Shown: in pieces, positions 1 to 12,900 of the stretch
Layout: every line of letters starts with the position of its first letter
Position numbering within the stretch: position 1 is the stretch's first letter
Assembly: GCA_965235115.1 (NCBI GenBank)
Contig: OZ249436.1
Coordinates: forward strand, 49,602,001-49,666,000
Source: Laetmonice hystrix
Taxonomy: Eukaryota
Direction of reading: 5' to 3'
DNA: 64,000 nucleotides
Translations under genes and position numbers: made by a program
The notes under the pieces: generated by a model
What the model was told of the DNA's origin: nothing
What the model saw: only the letters and a program-made list of their open reading frames with translations
Database searches by the model: none

Positions 1-1391
1 GTCTGTACACAGGTTCCCGTGAACTATATGGATGGTAAATATAACTGTTGGGTCGGGAAAAACGTCCTGCTGGACTTGCAGGCCTGCAAGACCCACCTGC
101 ACTGGGAGATCAATACTGGCGCGGTTCACTGCCATTGATTTCCGGGCAAACCTATCACTTATTTATTAATGCAGCTCAGCCTTCCTCAATTCCCCGAGGA
201 ATGATTATCTTCGTTCCATCACGCGTCAGACCTTGTATCTTCCGTATTTGTAGCAACACTACCGGCCCTTGATCCCTCTGAGGTAACCTGAATCACAGGG
301 GTGGGAATCAAGCAGGCAGGGTGTCACAACATGAATGATACCCACTGACTTATGTCATGTGGAGATCCATAACCGAAATATTGAACTTTCAAAACGTAAT
401 TCGGAAATCTATCATGCCACATTTCGTAAGGTACTTTTAGATCTTATTTTCATTGTTTATATCCAGATATATTATCACAACAGAGACGTCCTCGATTACT
501 ACCATGAGCTTTTCTTATCCGATCTCTCATCCGATCTTTTAGATAAGATAGTGAAATATTTTTTGAAGAATTGTAGGTGAAAATATGCATAATTCTGGCG
601 TATTGTGACTGGAAAGATTTTTTGATGGATTTTTAAAAAAAATTATCGGATGGGAAATCGAATGAAGATTGGGACAGCGGACGCCCGCCTTTAGTCATAA
701 ATACAAGAACGGTTAAGTTATCAATGTTGAGAAGATAGCGATAAAGACTCCGGAGAGCTGGTCCTGTCCAAAGCTGTCGTCGACAACAAAGTCACTTATT
801 GGAATCCTAATAATTATAACCTTATCAGTGCCGCGGCAAATTCTTGTTACAGTTTTCTTTTCCTTTTTATTAAATTTATTAGCAACGATCGATGTCCCTG
901 AAGCAAGACCAACTTTTTCCACCATTTAACAAACCGGGAATGAGCAGCGTGCCTCTTCCACCGGCCAGGATTGAAGACGATTTCAATAAGCGAATGTCAC
1001 CCGAATCCAATAGCTGCTGATGTCCATTGCATGCAGCATTCTCATTAGAATCAACTGATCTTAGGTACTAACCCTGTAGCCACTACTGGTGTCCTTCCCG
1101 GTTCTACTTTACATTGTATCTCACCTTCTGTGACCATAACACATTACGTCTTTTTGATAGAAAACTACAATTTATCTTGGTATGTTTTTACCGTCTGCCC
1201 AATCTATAAGCATGGCGGTTTCATACGTGCCAGTACGGTTGCTTGAATTGCTTTCTAGGCTGTTAAACACCAAATTGGTTCGAGTCAGTCGTATAATGTA
1301 TCAACGTTTGTCTCAATGAAAGCAACAACCACTACTAAGAAGTTGCAGAAACAATTGCCTTATAATTATGCGTCTCGAAGAGAAACAATGA

Positions 1392-1468
1392 GGCAGCCAG
1401 GCTAGCTGTCTGGCAGGCAGGCAGGCAGGCAGGCGGCCAGGCAGCCAGGCAAAGAAGGCAGGCGAAGT

Positions 1469-1502
<34 letters not shown>

Positions 1503-1575
1503 CCAACCAGCCAGGCAGGCAGGCAGTCAACCAGCCAGCCAAGCAGGCAGGCTGGCAGGCAGGCAGCCAACCAGC

Positions 1576-1639
<64 letters not shown>

Positions 1640-1689
1640 TAGCCAACCAGCCAGGCAGGCAGGTAGCCAGGCAAAGGAGGCAGCCAGGC
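1392..1689. repeat. (GGCA)n tetranucleotide microsatellite, interrupted
   Basis: Long GGCA/GCCA runs are directly visible. They explain the LPAC-repeat ORFs at 1313-1788. Confidence 0.95.
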
Positions 1690-1809
1690 GACGGGGACTG
1701 ACTGCAGCATGCGCCGAACCAAGCACAAGAGGCGACGGCAACAGTCGTCGACATCATGGCAGTCACATTCTGGCTGGAACGTCGACATTAGAGCAGGTGC
1801 CTCATCATG

Positions 1810-3126
1810 CAGCCCCCTCCTGTACCAGCCAGGGTGGACTCACACAGCAGCCCCCTCCCCTCCTGTACCAGCCAGGGTGGACTCACACAGCAGCTCCCCT
1901 CCCCCTCCTGTACCAGCTAGGGTGGACTCACACAGCAGCTCCCCTCCCCCGCCTGTACCAGCCAGGGTGAACTCACACAGCAGCCCCCCTCCTGTACCAG
2001 CCAGGGTGGACTCACACAGCAGCCCCCTCCCCCTCCTGTACCAGGTAGGGTGGACTCACACAGCAGCCCCCCCCCCTCCTGTACCAGCCAGGGTGGACTC
2101 ACACAGCAGCCCCCCCCCCCTCCTGTACCAGCCAGGGTGGACTCACACAGCAGCCCCCCCTCCTGTACCAGCCAGGGTGGACTCACACAGCACCCCCTCC
2201 CCCCCTGTACCAGCTAGGGCGAAATCACACAGCAACTCCTTCCTGTACCAGCTAGGGTGCAGTCACACAGCACCCCCCTGATCTGTACAGCCAGGGTGCA
2301 GTCACACAGCACCCCCCTGATCTGTACTAGCCAGGGTGCAGTCACACAGCACCCCCCCCCTGATCTGTACTAGCCAGGGTGCAGTCACACTGCACCCCCC
2401 TGATCTGTACTAGCCAGGGTGCAGTCACACTGCACCCCCCTGATCTGTACTAGCCAGGGTGCAGTCACACAGCACCCCCCTGATCTGTACTAGCCAGGGT
2501 GCAGTCACACAGCACCCCCCTGATCTGTACTAGCCAGGGTGCAGTCACACAGCACCCCCCTGATCTGTACTAGCCAGGGTGCAGTCACACAGCACCCCCC
2601 TGATCTGTACTAGCCAGGGTGCAGTCACACAGCACCCCCCTGTTCTGTACTAGCCAGGGTGCAGTCACACAGCACCCCCCTGATCTGTACTAGCCAGGGT
2701 GCAGTCACACAGCACCCCCTCCCCCCCTGTACCAGCTAGGGCGAAATCACACAGCAACTCCTTCCTGTACCAGCTAGGGTGCAGTCACACAGCACCCCCC
2801 TGATCTGTACAGCCAGGGTGCAGTCACACAGCACCCCCCTGATCTGTACTAGCCAGGGTGCAGTCACACAGCACCCCCCCTGATCTGTACTAGCCAGGGT
2901 GCAGTCACACTGCACCCCCCTGATCTGTACTAGCCAGGGTGCAGTCACACTGCACCCCCCTGATCTGTACTAGCCAGGGTGCAGTCACACAGCACCCCCC
3001 TGATCTGTACTAGCCAGGGTGCAGTCACACAGCACCCCCCTGATCTGTACTAGCCAGGGTGCAGTCACACAGCACCCCCCTGATCTGTACTAGCCAGGGT
3101 GCAGTCACACAGCACCCCCCCCCCCC
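1810..3126. repeat. Two-domain minisatellite of ~37-43-bp then 40-bp units, with a 522-bp higher-order duplication
   Basis: Units CCTGTACCAGCCAGGGTGGACTCACACAGCAGCCCC.. run 1810-~2200. Units TGATCTGTACTAGCCAGGGTGCAGTCACACAGCACCCCCC follow. The diagnostic variant GAAATCACACAGCAACTCC occurs at 2221 and 2743. Confidence 0.95.
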
Positions 3127-5748
3127 GGCCTGAATCCCTGAACACCCCTAGTACCACCAATAGGATGGACCGTCAGGGGAACAGCCAGCTGCATGGTGCA
3201 GATTGACACCACAGTTGCGGCACCAGGCGCATTGTGTACCCTCACCCCATTCCCAGTCTATCCCCGCCCCACCCCCATCCTATCCCCATCCCATCCCCAT
3301 CCCTGGCATGTATCACCACACTGCTAACCCAGCTTCAGTACCTCATTCGTTTGACCATGACAAAAATCCGTGGTTTCATTAAATCCTAGATCATCTACCC
3401 CCTTCTGTACAAATGCTTGATGTATATTCTGATCACCGATGGCTGTGGTACAGCTGTCTTCAGCTGTAGTCTCTGCCAGCACATCCACGCAGTGTCATGT
3501 TTTCATAACATTAAATGTAATGCTATGCCTGCATTGATGTGTGAGACAGGCCCCAATGATATCAAGCTGCAGTTGTCAGTGGTAAAGGCCCAGTTTTCTC
3601 CGTCCCAGCTTTCTGCAGCTGCACGAGGCAGTTTGGACCCCAGGCAGGAGCCGTGGTAGGTCCGCCACCGCCGTTCAGGCCGTATGCATACAGATACTGT
3701 GCCATGTGTACACTGCGGCCCCTACCCCTGCATCCATAATGGCAAGATTCTGCATCTCTGAGCCACCACCGACCGCCACCGCCACCACCAATACCACCAC
3801 CATGTTGTTGCTGCTGCTGCTGCTCCACCATCCAGAGCTTCCTGTGAGCTCCCCCAATGGATCCGTACAAGCAGATGGGATTTACTATGAAGCATTATCA
3901 ATATATCGTGCCATCATTTATGAGCCAATGTAGTCTCTACAATCTGCCGTTCCTGGCTGCTGCCCTTGCAAGTCCGATGCAGCAGATTGAACGTTAAAAG
4001 CAGCAGAGTGGATGATCGTACAAAGACTGACGGCCAAAATTCAGCCCGAGCTCAGGCTCTAAAACCTTTTCTGATTGGGTGCTGATTAGTAGTAGTGGCT
4101 ATTTGCCAGGGTTCTCGGCGCCTGCTTTCGTGGAAGGCCTTTTAGGGCTGCAGGCCACACATTTATACGACAAGCCTTAACATGATTAGCACAGTCCGTG
4201 ACCCCCATAGCATGAAAACACGGTACTTTCATGATCAAAAACATGATGTATACTGTAGGTGGTTGTAAGTACAGATGGACCTTCAAGAGATATCTTTCTG
4301 CTACTAAAGGCAACATGATACCCCCAAGGGCAAATCTAAGTGATAGGTTGTTGGTAGATATATTGTCAGTCAATTCGAATGAGGCCGCATGTCGTCAGTG
4401 ACATTTGCCTGACAGCGCCGCAGAGGGACCTGTTAATGTCATGGCCACGCGCCTACAGTTCCATCTTCATACAAATGGCTTAAACTGCATGAGGCATACC
4501 AAGAGGCGTCATTTTGACGTGGCCTTTAAAGCAACTCAATCAGGAACACTGGCATGAATGTCAGATGGTAGTTCTGAGAATAGCGTTTAATTTTTTGTTA
4601 TTATATTTTGTAAGGAAAATACCACGGCCTGGTGAACGTAATAAAATCATATATGTATGGAGGATGCTTTCAGAAAGATTGTAAGATTTAATGAGATGGA
4701 ATATGGGCGATTGATTTGAGGGGATGCGATTGAATTTGCCATATGTAGGGTGTTGATAGGAAATAATAAAATATACTTTTGTTATATATAGTCTACTACC
4801 TCCTACAACATGGTATTCAATGAAGTTGGAGAGAATACTCCAATTTCAATTTGAGAATTCCAGATATAGAGAAATGTAAAAAAGAGAACAATTCCATGAA
4901 GGCTGTGATTATTGGAGGCCGAGTGTGTTGTGGATCCTGACTTGTGGTCGGCCGGTCGTGTTGTCTCGGGATCCTGCCCGATTTGGTGACCTTTGAGACT
5001 GAACGGATGACCTTGAAAACAATGTTTACCGTCTCGAAAAAGTCTGAAGAAGTGTTATTTTAGTATGAAGCAAAGGAAAACCCTCAATTTTCGATATATC
5101 TGCTACTCTTCAAACGATCTCGGCGTTGTTTTCCTCCCAACGAAAAGAGTTATGAACGAATTCAAAAAGGACTAGTTTCTACCTTGAAGGAATTGTCTTT
5201 CAAACGAATTTTCTTTCAACGCACACCAGCATGTCTTGCAGTCGATATTCTACACCATTGCCTACTTGTAATCATGTTCACAGAACATACAGATGGTAAT
5301 ACAACCGGAAGTGGATATTTCAAAAGGCCTCCTGCTGTAACTCACCTGAGCCCAGCGTAGTCCGTCTTATGATGCATGACCCATAGTAACTGTCGACGTA
5401 AACCTAAGATAGATAACTTTAGAAATATAACCACGACTTTAGTTCTCTCCGTCTCTATATCCATTCTAATGTCATAAAATATAAACTTACCATCGAGAGA
5501 ATTCGAAACAGGCAGTGGCAATTACTTGTGTTCTTTTAACACATACGGTACTCTCGTTGTTTTCCCTCAACAACGTCCCCCCCACACACACACCCCGCAC
5601 CCCCCCCCCCCCCACACACACACACCCCCAGACGACAAGGAGGGTGCCTGTGAGGGACACACTTTGAGGTGTGACAGTCATGTATTTCATAGAACATAAC
5701 TACACATACACAATGTTATAACACACATATCTCAAGGAGTTTATTGGC

Positions 5749-5858
<110 letters not shown>

Positions 5859-7717
5859 AGATTTAAAAGAAATTTGTTTCAAGCTAAGAAAATGAGTTCA
5901 TTTAATCCGGCCTGGGAAAAGGGATTATTTTAAAGAGGACCGGATTAGGTGGATGGATTGGAGCGGGACTGCTGACTCAGGATGAAGATCTCATTCACAG
6001 ACTTTCAGTTGACTGCATTGGAAAAAATATTGAAAAGATTTTATTTTGGATAATTGGATAATACAATTTTGCCAATAGAATTACTCAGTCGGCACATAAT
6101 GGCAATTACACATATAGAAATGTCTAATACCGTTGCACCTTTTGGATTAGATTTTTGTGAAGACCTGGATGAGAAGTGAGTGAGTGTGTCTATAAGCTCG
6201 GTTAGTATAGTAGCAATCAATGCTGACATCTAAAGTTACACTTATCCCTGAGAAAAATGTTTCTTTTGATTCCTGCGTAATGAGACATTTATGGCTTGTG
6301 CGAGATTTCACAGTGATCCCGCCGTCATTTTCCTCTCAAATCCAATTTTACAGCCTGTCCATTCTAAGTTACACGGTACTGACACATTGCTCGTTACGCG
6401 GCCAACAAATTGTTTATGGAATATATTGTTTATGGGAATATATGCTGGCAGGTCCAGGAAGACCAGTGTTGTACTGAGGGTTTGCCAGTGAAAATAAATG
6501 AAATTAAAAAAAAAAAAAGAAGTTCGCAGACGATTTGCGATCTCTAAATAAGCTTTCGGTTTCGCCTCGAACCTATATTAGGACACAAACTTCTGTAACA
6601 ATATGCCTTATTCTCAATGCACTGTCCACTAATTATTGGGTCCATATTGTTAGTTATGATCATAAAAATGAGATGAGAAGGCCTAGGGAGATTTAGCCCA
6701 GCCAGGATTCAACCTCAGTACTATTTCAGAGACAGGTGGGAAAAATTACATGTCAATATTGACAGGCAGTCCTACAGAAGTTTACCTCAAGGACTTCACC
6801 GGCAGAGTTATCTCAGCCTGATTCCTTCGTTCCACCACTCACGGAGATTTGTACGGAAGTCAAAACGTGCCACTGACCTCTGGTTCGGGGAGATTAATAA
6901 TAAAGTCAGGTAACCTGATGTTATGGTGGACTGTATCGTACTCAGTGTATGCGTGATATTGCCACTCCATCTCCCAGTAAAGTAGACTCCATTGTAGCCG
7001 TGCGGACTGAATGATTCCATAAGTCAAGTATAAAAGCATAGCTTGTTTTATTCATGCGACGCGGAATGCATGCTGCATTTTAAACACGCCCTAGTTCTCG
7101 GCGATAGTAGCGGAGGGTGAATGTGGAGTTGCATGTATTGCATGTTCTTCGTGTTAGTCCGTGTCAATAATTGAGAGTGTTGACGACCCACTGACGTGCT
7201 GTACCCAAGGGTTGTCTCAGGCACAGGAGAACAGGCGGCGTGACCTACAAATCTACCTATCTATAACCAACCTCAGAAAGGTTACAGAAAAAATGTCAAA
7301 TCTGGTTTTGCCGTCGCACCTGTGTAACTATAGAAAGTTTGTATGAGGATCTGAGAGTTGTGCCAGGCCAGCCGTCCTGTCGTGGGAGAGGGAGGTGGTG
7401 CTTGGGTCACTTGTAACCTACCCGCACAGCCTGCCAAGGCCCGCCTGGTCAAGATAAAAAACACCTGAATAAAACAAAACAAAACCTTTTTAACATGCTC
7501 ATGGAAGACAGATAAAACTTGAATAGCCCCAAGGAAATTAAACCTTCCGTTGTCTGCACCTTAGTGACCTTACTGGACTGCGTTGAATACTGACGTGTAA
7601 TTTTACGGGTTCACCTTATATACATATTAATAATATCATGTAATGTTATAAAGTAACTCGCCTACCCTCTCCTCAGATACAGCATGTAAAACCTATCTTC
7701 GTGCTGGGGCCAGTATG

Positions 7718-7908
7718 GAGGTTTCTCCACTGGACATCTCCATATACATGTGGAAGATTATACCGGTCTCACTCCATAGAATTCTCTAGCTGTACAATGA
7801 TTGGTTCAGGATTGAGGTTTCTCCACTGGACATCGCCATACACATGTGGAAGATTATACCGGTCCCACTCCACAGAATTCTCTAGCTGTACAATGATTGA
7901 TTCAGGAT
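7718..7908. repeat. 96-bp tandem duplication (2 copies)
   Basis: GTTTCTCCACTGGACATC...TGTACAATGATT starts at 7721 and again at 7817, with a few substitutions. Confidence 0.9.
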
Positions 7909-8119
7909 ACACACATGTGGTCTTCCCACTATAATACATCAAAGACGAGGTTTTACATGTGGTCGTGAGGAAGCAGCAACCCGAAATTGGTATTAGCAAT
8001 GATAGAAATGCACATCTGCTTTTTTTTCCCGGGCGATCGGATTGTGTTTGCATATGCAACAAATGTGACGCGTCCTACTCATCTAGACGCTTCACTATCC
8101 CATAATGATGAGTTATCGC

Positions 8120-8270
8120 AGAGAGAGACAGAGAGAGAGACAGAGAGAAAGAGGGAGAGAGAGGGGGGGAGAGAGAGGGAGAGGGAGGGAGATAGAGAGA
8201 GAGAGAGGGGAGACAGAGAGAGAGACAGAGAGAGACAGAGAGAGACAGAGAGAGACAGAGAAGGAAGGAG
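8120..8270. repeat. GA-rich microsatellite (GAGA/GACA)
   Basis: Directly visible purine-rich tract. Confidence 0.95.
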
Positions 8271-9361
8271 ATATGGAAGCTGGAGCCAAAAGTAAGCTCA
8301 AAGAGGACGAATCAACGTTACCTTCGTTGTTTCCATGAGTAAGGACGAAAATAAAACAGTTATAACTCGAGGCGCAAAGAGCAGATTAATGGACTCAACT
8401 TATCATGGTTCGCATTCCCAATTGTGTCTATTTTTTGCCGTGGAAATGGCCAATATTTATGCCGGAAGCGCATAAAGCCACCAATTGCCCACCCCAAAAA
8501 CCGGGCTTCCCACACGACACAACCTTACGGTACGGTTAGCTGCATTATGTCATTTCAGAGGTTAAAGGCTCTCGTTTGCCTCAATGCAGATTTCGTCTGC
8601 CAAAATTTGGGCCCTGGAATTATAAAAAAGGTGCTTCCATGAGGCTGGTGGCTGCTAACATTGCACTGGCCATCTGGAGGTACACCCCGTGAAATTTCAT
8701 TGTGATCCTGGCATCTGCCATAAGATAAGTTTAGTTTTAGAAGCATCCACTCTTGACCTAGGGGAATCTTACAGAATTCGGTTCTGCAGAAGGAAATAGG
8801 ACTCTGTCATTGAAACACAAGAGACTTTTTGACAGTCGCCACTAAGGATTTTGGGTAAAGTTGAAAGCAAAATTGGCGCCTTTTACAATCTAGAAGGAGA
8901 TTCTTATTGATAGTAACATAAGAACCAGATAAATTTGAAAAACTGTGAAATTTCTCATTGAACTTCCCGGTGAGGTATATTACCATTGCTATTACAGGTC
9001 AGGGGAAAACGCATTGGATGTGTGGACAAGATATATCCCCGAAAAGCATACACTAATCCTCCCTTATGTCTGACCTGTAGGGAGTTTGACTGACCAGTTA
9101 ATGAGTACCCTGGGAAACCCTTTAACTAAAATAAACATAAGTCCACCTGTAGAACTTCCTTGGTGGTGGTGGTGGCTGTGGTGGTGGTGGTGGTGCTGAG
9201 ACTAACAGGTGGACGATATCACGACTGAGTCACCCTCTTAGGGTGAAGACGTCCCAATGGTTCCTCAAGTGGCCAGGGTGTCCAGGGGCCCGCTAGGGGT
9301 ATAAACAGGGTTCTGGAGGAGGCTAGTCACCCCCAACCTCCTGCTCCAGGTACCAGACAAC

Positions 9362-9826
9362 ATGTCCCTGGGGAGATATCATCAAGTGGCAGATGCCGTC
9401 ATAGCAGTACGAGCCGCAGGAGACGTAGCAGGCGCAGCAGCTCTAACAGCCGCAGCAGCCGTAACTGCTGCAGCAGCAGTAACAGCCGCAGCAGCAGTAA
9501 CAGCCGCAGGAGACGTAGCAGGCGCAGCAGCTCTAACAGCCGCAGCAGCCGTAACTGCTGCAGCAGCAATAACAGCCGCAGCAGCAGTAACAGCCGCAGG
9601 AGACGTAGCAGGCGCAGCAGCTGGAACAGCCGCAGCAGCAGTAACAGCGGCAGCAGCAGTAACAGCCCCAGGAGACGTAGCAGGCGCAGCAGCTGGAACA
9701 GCCGCATCAGCTGTAGCAGCCGCAGCAGCAGTAACAGCCAGCAGCAGCTGTAGCAGCCGCAGCAGCAGTAACAGCCACAGCAACCGTAACAGCCGCAGCA
9801 GCCATAACAGCCAGCAGAAGCAGTAA
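9362..9826 (+). other. Ala/Thr-rich repeat ORF (18-bp subunit, 90-bp unit); coding status uncertain
   Basis: 154-aa ORF with GDVAGAAALTAAAAVTAAAAVTAAAAVTAA units. TATAAA lies at 9300 and AATAAA at 9927. Variation between subunits is mostly at third codon positions. Frameshifting 16-bp subunits appear from 9740 on. Confidence 0.3.
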
Positions 9827-10002
9827 CAGCCAGCAGCAGTGTTGCTGTAGCAGCCACAGGAGACGTGGCAGCAGTAGCACCAACCACAGCAACCGTGTCA
9901 CTACAGTTGGGTGGGGTTTACTTATCAATAAAAGCTATAATGGTTCTTCGGGATATGATCAGAAGATATTTTTTCTATTCATCATTCGCTTGTGTAAGTT
10001 CA

Positions 10003-11613
10003 AACACGTGTAGTTGAATACACCAGTCGCCAACCTCATTATTACCACCAATTGTCAAATACTTGTTACCTTCAGTTCGGTCTAACACGTGTAGTTGAAT
10101 ACACCAGTCGCTAACCTTATTATTACCACCAACTGTCAAATACTTGTTACCTTCAGTTCGGTCTAACACGTGTAGTTGAATACACCAGTCGCTAACCTTA
10201 TTATTACCACCAACTGTCAAATACTTGTTACCTTCAGTTCGGTCTAACACGTGTAGTTGAATACACCAGTCGCTAACCTTATTATTACCACCAACTGTCA
10301 AATACTTGTTACCTTCAGTTCGGTCTAACACGTGTAGTTGAATACACCAGTCGCGAACCTCATTATTACCACCAACTGTCAAATACTTGTTACCTTCAGT
10401 TCGGTCTAACACGTGTAGTTGAATACACCAGTTGCTAACCTCATTATTACCACCAACTCTCAAATACTTGTTACCTTCAGTTCGGTCTCACACGTGTAGT
10501 TGAATACACCAGTCGCTAACCTCATTATTGCCACCCTCTGTCAAATACTTGTTACCTTCAGTTCGGTCTCACACGTGTAGTTGAATACACCAGTCGCTAA
10601 CCTCATTATTGCCACCCTCTGTCAAATACTTGTTACCTTCAGTTCGGTCTAACACGTGTAGTTGAATACACCAGTCGCCAACCTCATTATTACCACCAAC
10701 TGTCAAATACTTGTTACCTTCAGTTCGGTCTAACACGTGTAGTTAAATACACCAGTCGCCAACCTTATTATTACCACCAACTGTCAAATACTTGTTACCT
10801 TCAGTTCGGTCTAACACGTGTAGTTGAATACACCAGTCGCTAACCTCATTATTACCACCCACTGTCAAATACTTGTTACCTTCAGTTCGGTCTAACACGT
10901 GTAGTTGAATACACCAGTCGCTAACCTTATTATTACCACCAACTGTCAAATACTTGTTACCTTCAGTTCGGTCTAACACGTGTAGTTGAATACACCAGTC
11001 GCTAACCTTATTATTACCACCCACTGTCAAATACTTGTTACCTTCAGTTCGGTCTAACACGTGTAGTTGAATACACCAGTCGCGAACCTCATTATTACCA
11101 CCAACTGTCAAATACTTGTTACCTTCAGTTCGGTCTAACACGTGTAGTTGAATACACCAGTTGCTAACCTCATTATTACCACCAACTCTCAAATACTTGT
11201 TACCTTCAGTTCGGTCTCACACGTGTAGTTGAATACACCAGTCGCTAACCTCATTATTGCCACCCTCTGTCAAATACTTGTTACCTTCAGTTCGGTCTAA
11301 CACGTGTAGTTGAATACACCAGTCGCCAACCTCATTATTACCACCAACTGTCAAATACTTGTTACCTTCAGTTCGGTCTAACACGTGTAGTTAAATACAC
11401 CAGTCGCCAACCTTATTATTACCACCAACAGTTACTGTCAAATACTTGTTACCTTCAGTTCGGTCTAACACGTGTAGTTGAATACACCAGTCGCTAACCT
11501 CATTATTACCACCCACTGTCAAATACTTGTTACCTTCAGTTCGGTCTAACACGTGTAGTTGAATACACCAGTCGCTAACCTTATTGTCAAATACTTTACC
11601 TTCAATTCGGTCT
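10003..11613. repeat. 81-bp minisatellite, ~20 copies, 729-bp (9-unit) higher-order period
   Basis: Unit AACACGTGTAGTTGAATACACCAGTCGCTAACCTCATTATTACCACCAACTGTCAAATACTTGTTACCTTCAGTTCGGTCT. Rare variants (CGCGAACC, GTTGCTAACC, CTCTCAAAT) recur 729 bp apart. Confidence 0.97.
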
Positions 11614-12578
11614 GACTTCGACAAGGTGAACAAATTAGTTACCCCACTAATATCACGGATCGATAACTTCATATTGGTCTCATGTCTCATTTAAAGCAAG
11701 AGATTGAGAAGACACAGACCGATTCCTGTGCTTCTCTTACATCTCGTTAGGTGAGGTAACTTCTGAGCAAAAACCAGAAAGATGTTATTGTGATAGATTT
11801 ATATGCCTGCCACCTTTTGATATTTGCTGTTCTTACGGAGATAAAAAGAGAGGATTATCACAGATATGCTCAGTTCTTAGGGAGGTCAGATGACGTTGTT
11901 CTCTCTACTGCACAATTAGTACATGATATGAAGTGGATAATGAACTTGAACGCATTGAAACACGAGAAAACAACTGACTGAAGTTGTAATTGTAAAGAAA
12001 ACGTAATGGAAACCGCCCGGATGATAAATGTGAAGACATCCCTGAAGCACTCCAAATGTTACAGATGGTGTAATATTATTACTCTCTAAGTATCAGTATG
12101 TGAGCCTGGGGAAAATCGATAGGTTTCTGTTATGGTAAGCCATGGAAGATTTACCGAATATTAAAAGGGGCTCCGTTTCTGAAGGCGACGTCGTCTGCAC
12201 AGAGATTATTGTCTTAACGGTAATGATAATAGCACATGGCGCTCCAACAATGAAATAAGAAAAGCCTCATTGCTGGTTTATCAATGGGACCACAGGTGTG
12301 CTTGATTGGAAATCAGCGGTGGAAGAGGATTGACGCTTGATTCCCCGTTGCCTTGGATACCAGGCGAACCTCCATTGGTCGGTTTATTTACTTGATACGT
12401 AATGCTGTAATATCCCGGCCTGCAATCACCCAGTGGTGATGATGGTGCAGGACTATACTTGCGCGGGTCATTGACACTTGATGGATTGGAGGCTTTGCCA
12501 TAGGGCAGCTGAGGGATCTGTCATATTTATGTGGAAGGGAGAAGGCGTCTTCACTTCAGTCTGACATCTTACATTTAG

Positions 12579-12900
12579 ACTGTAAAAAATAATAGATGTT
12601 TCCGAAACGGTAAGATAACTCTACTGATTGCTTCTCCGTTTAAAATAACGGTAAGATGACTCTACTGACTGCTTCTCTGTAAAAAAAACCGGTAAGATAA
12701 CTCTACTGACTGCTTCTCTGTAAACTGTAAAAATTAGAGATGTTTCCGAACGGTAAGATAACTCTACTGACTGCTTCTCTGTAAACTGTAAAAATTAGAG
12801 ATGTTTCCGAACGGTAAGATAACTCTACTGACTGCTTCTCTGTAAGCTGTACAAATTAGAGATGTAACGTTAAGATAACTCTACTGACTGCTCCTCTGTA
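12579..12900. repeat. ~41/61-bp minisatellite, 6 core copies
   Basis: The core (CGG)TAAGATAACTCTACTGACTGCTTCTCTGTAA is repeated, with an optional ACTGTAAAAATTAGAGATGTTTCCGAA spacer. Confidence 0.9.

Noticed and set aside
1313..2948. ORFs over the GGCA microsatellite and the 40-bp minisatellite
   Set aside because: These are translations of simple repeats, open in several frames, with homopolymer length changes that break frame.
3361..3933. Overlapping ORFs with poly-Q/poly-G and a CVHCGPYPC motif
   Set aside because: They are driven by short CTG/CCA triplet runs, interrupted by stops, and match no family I can name.
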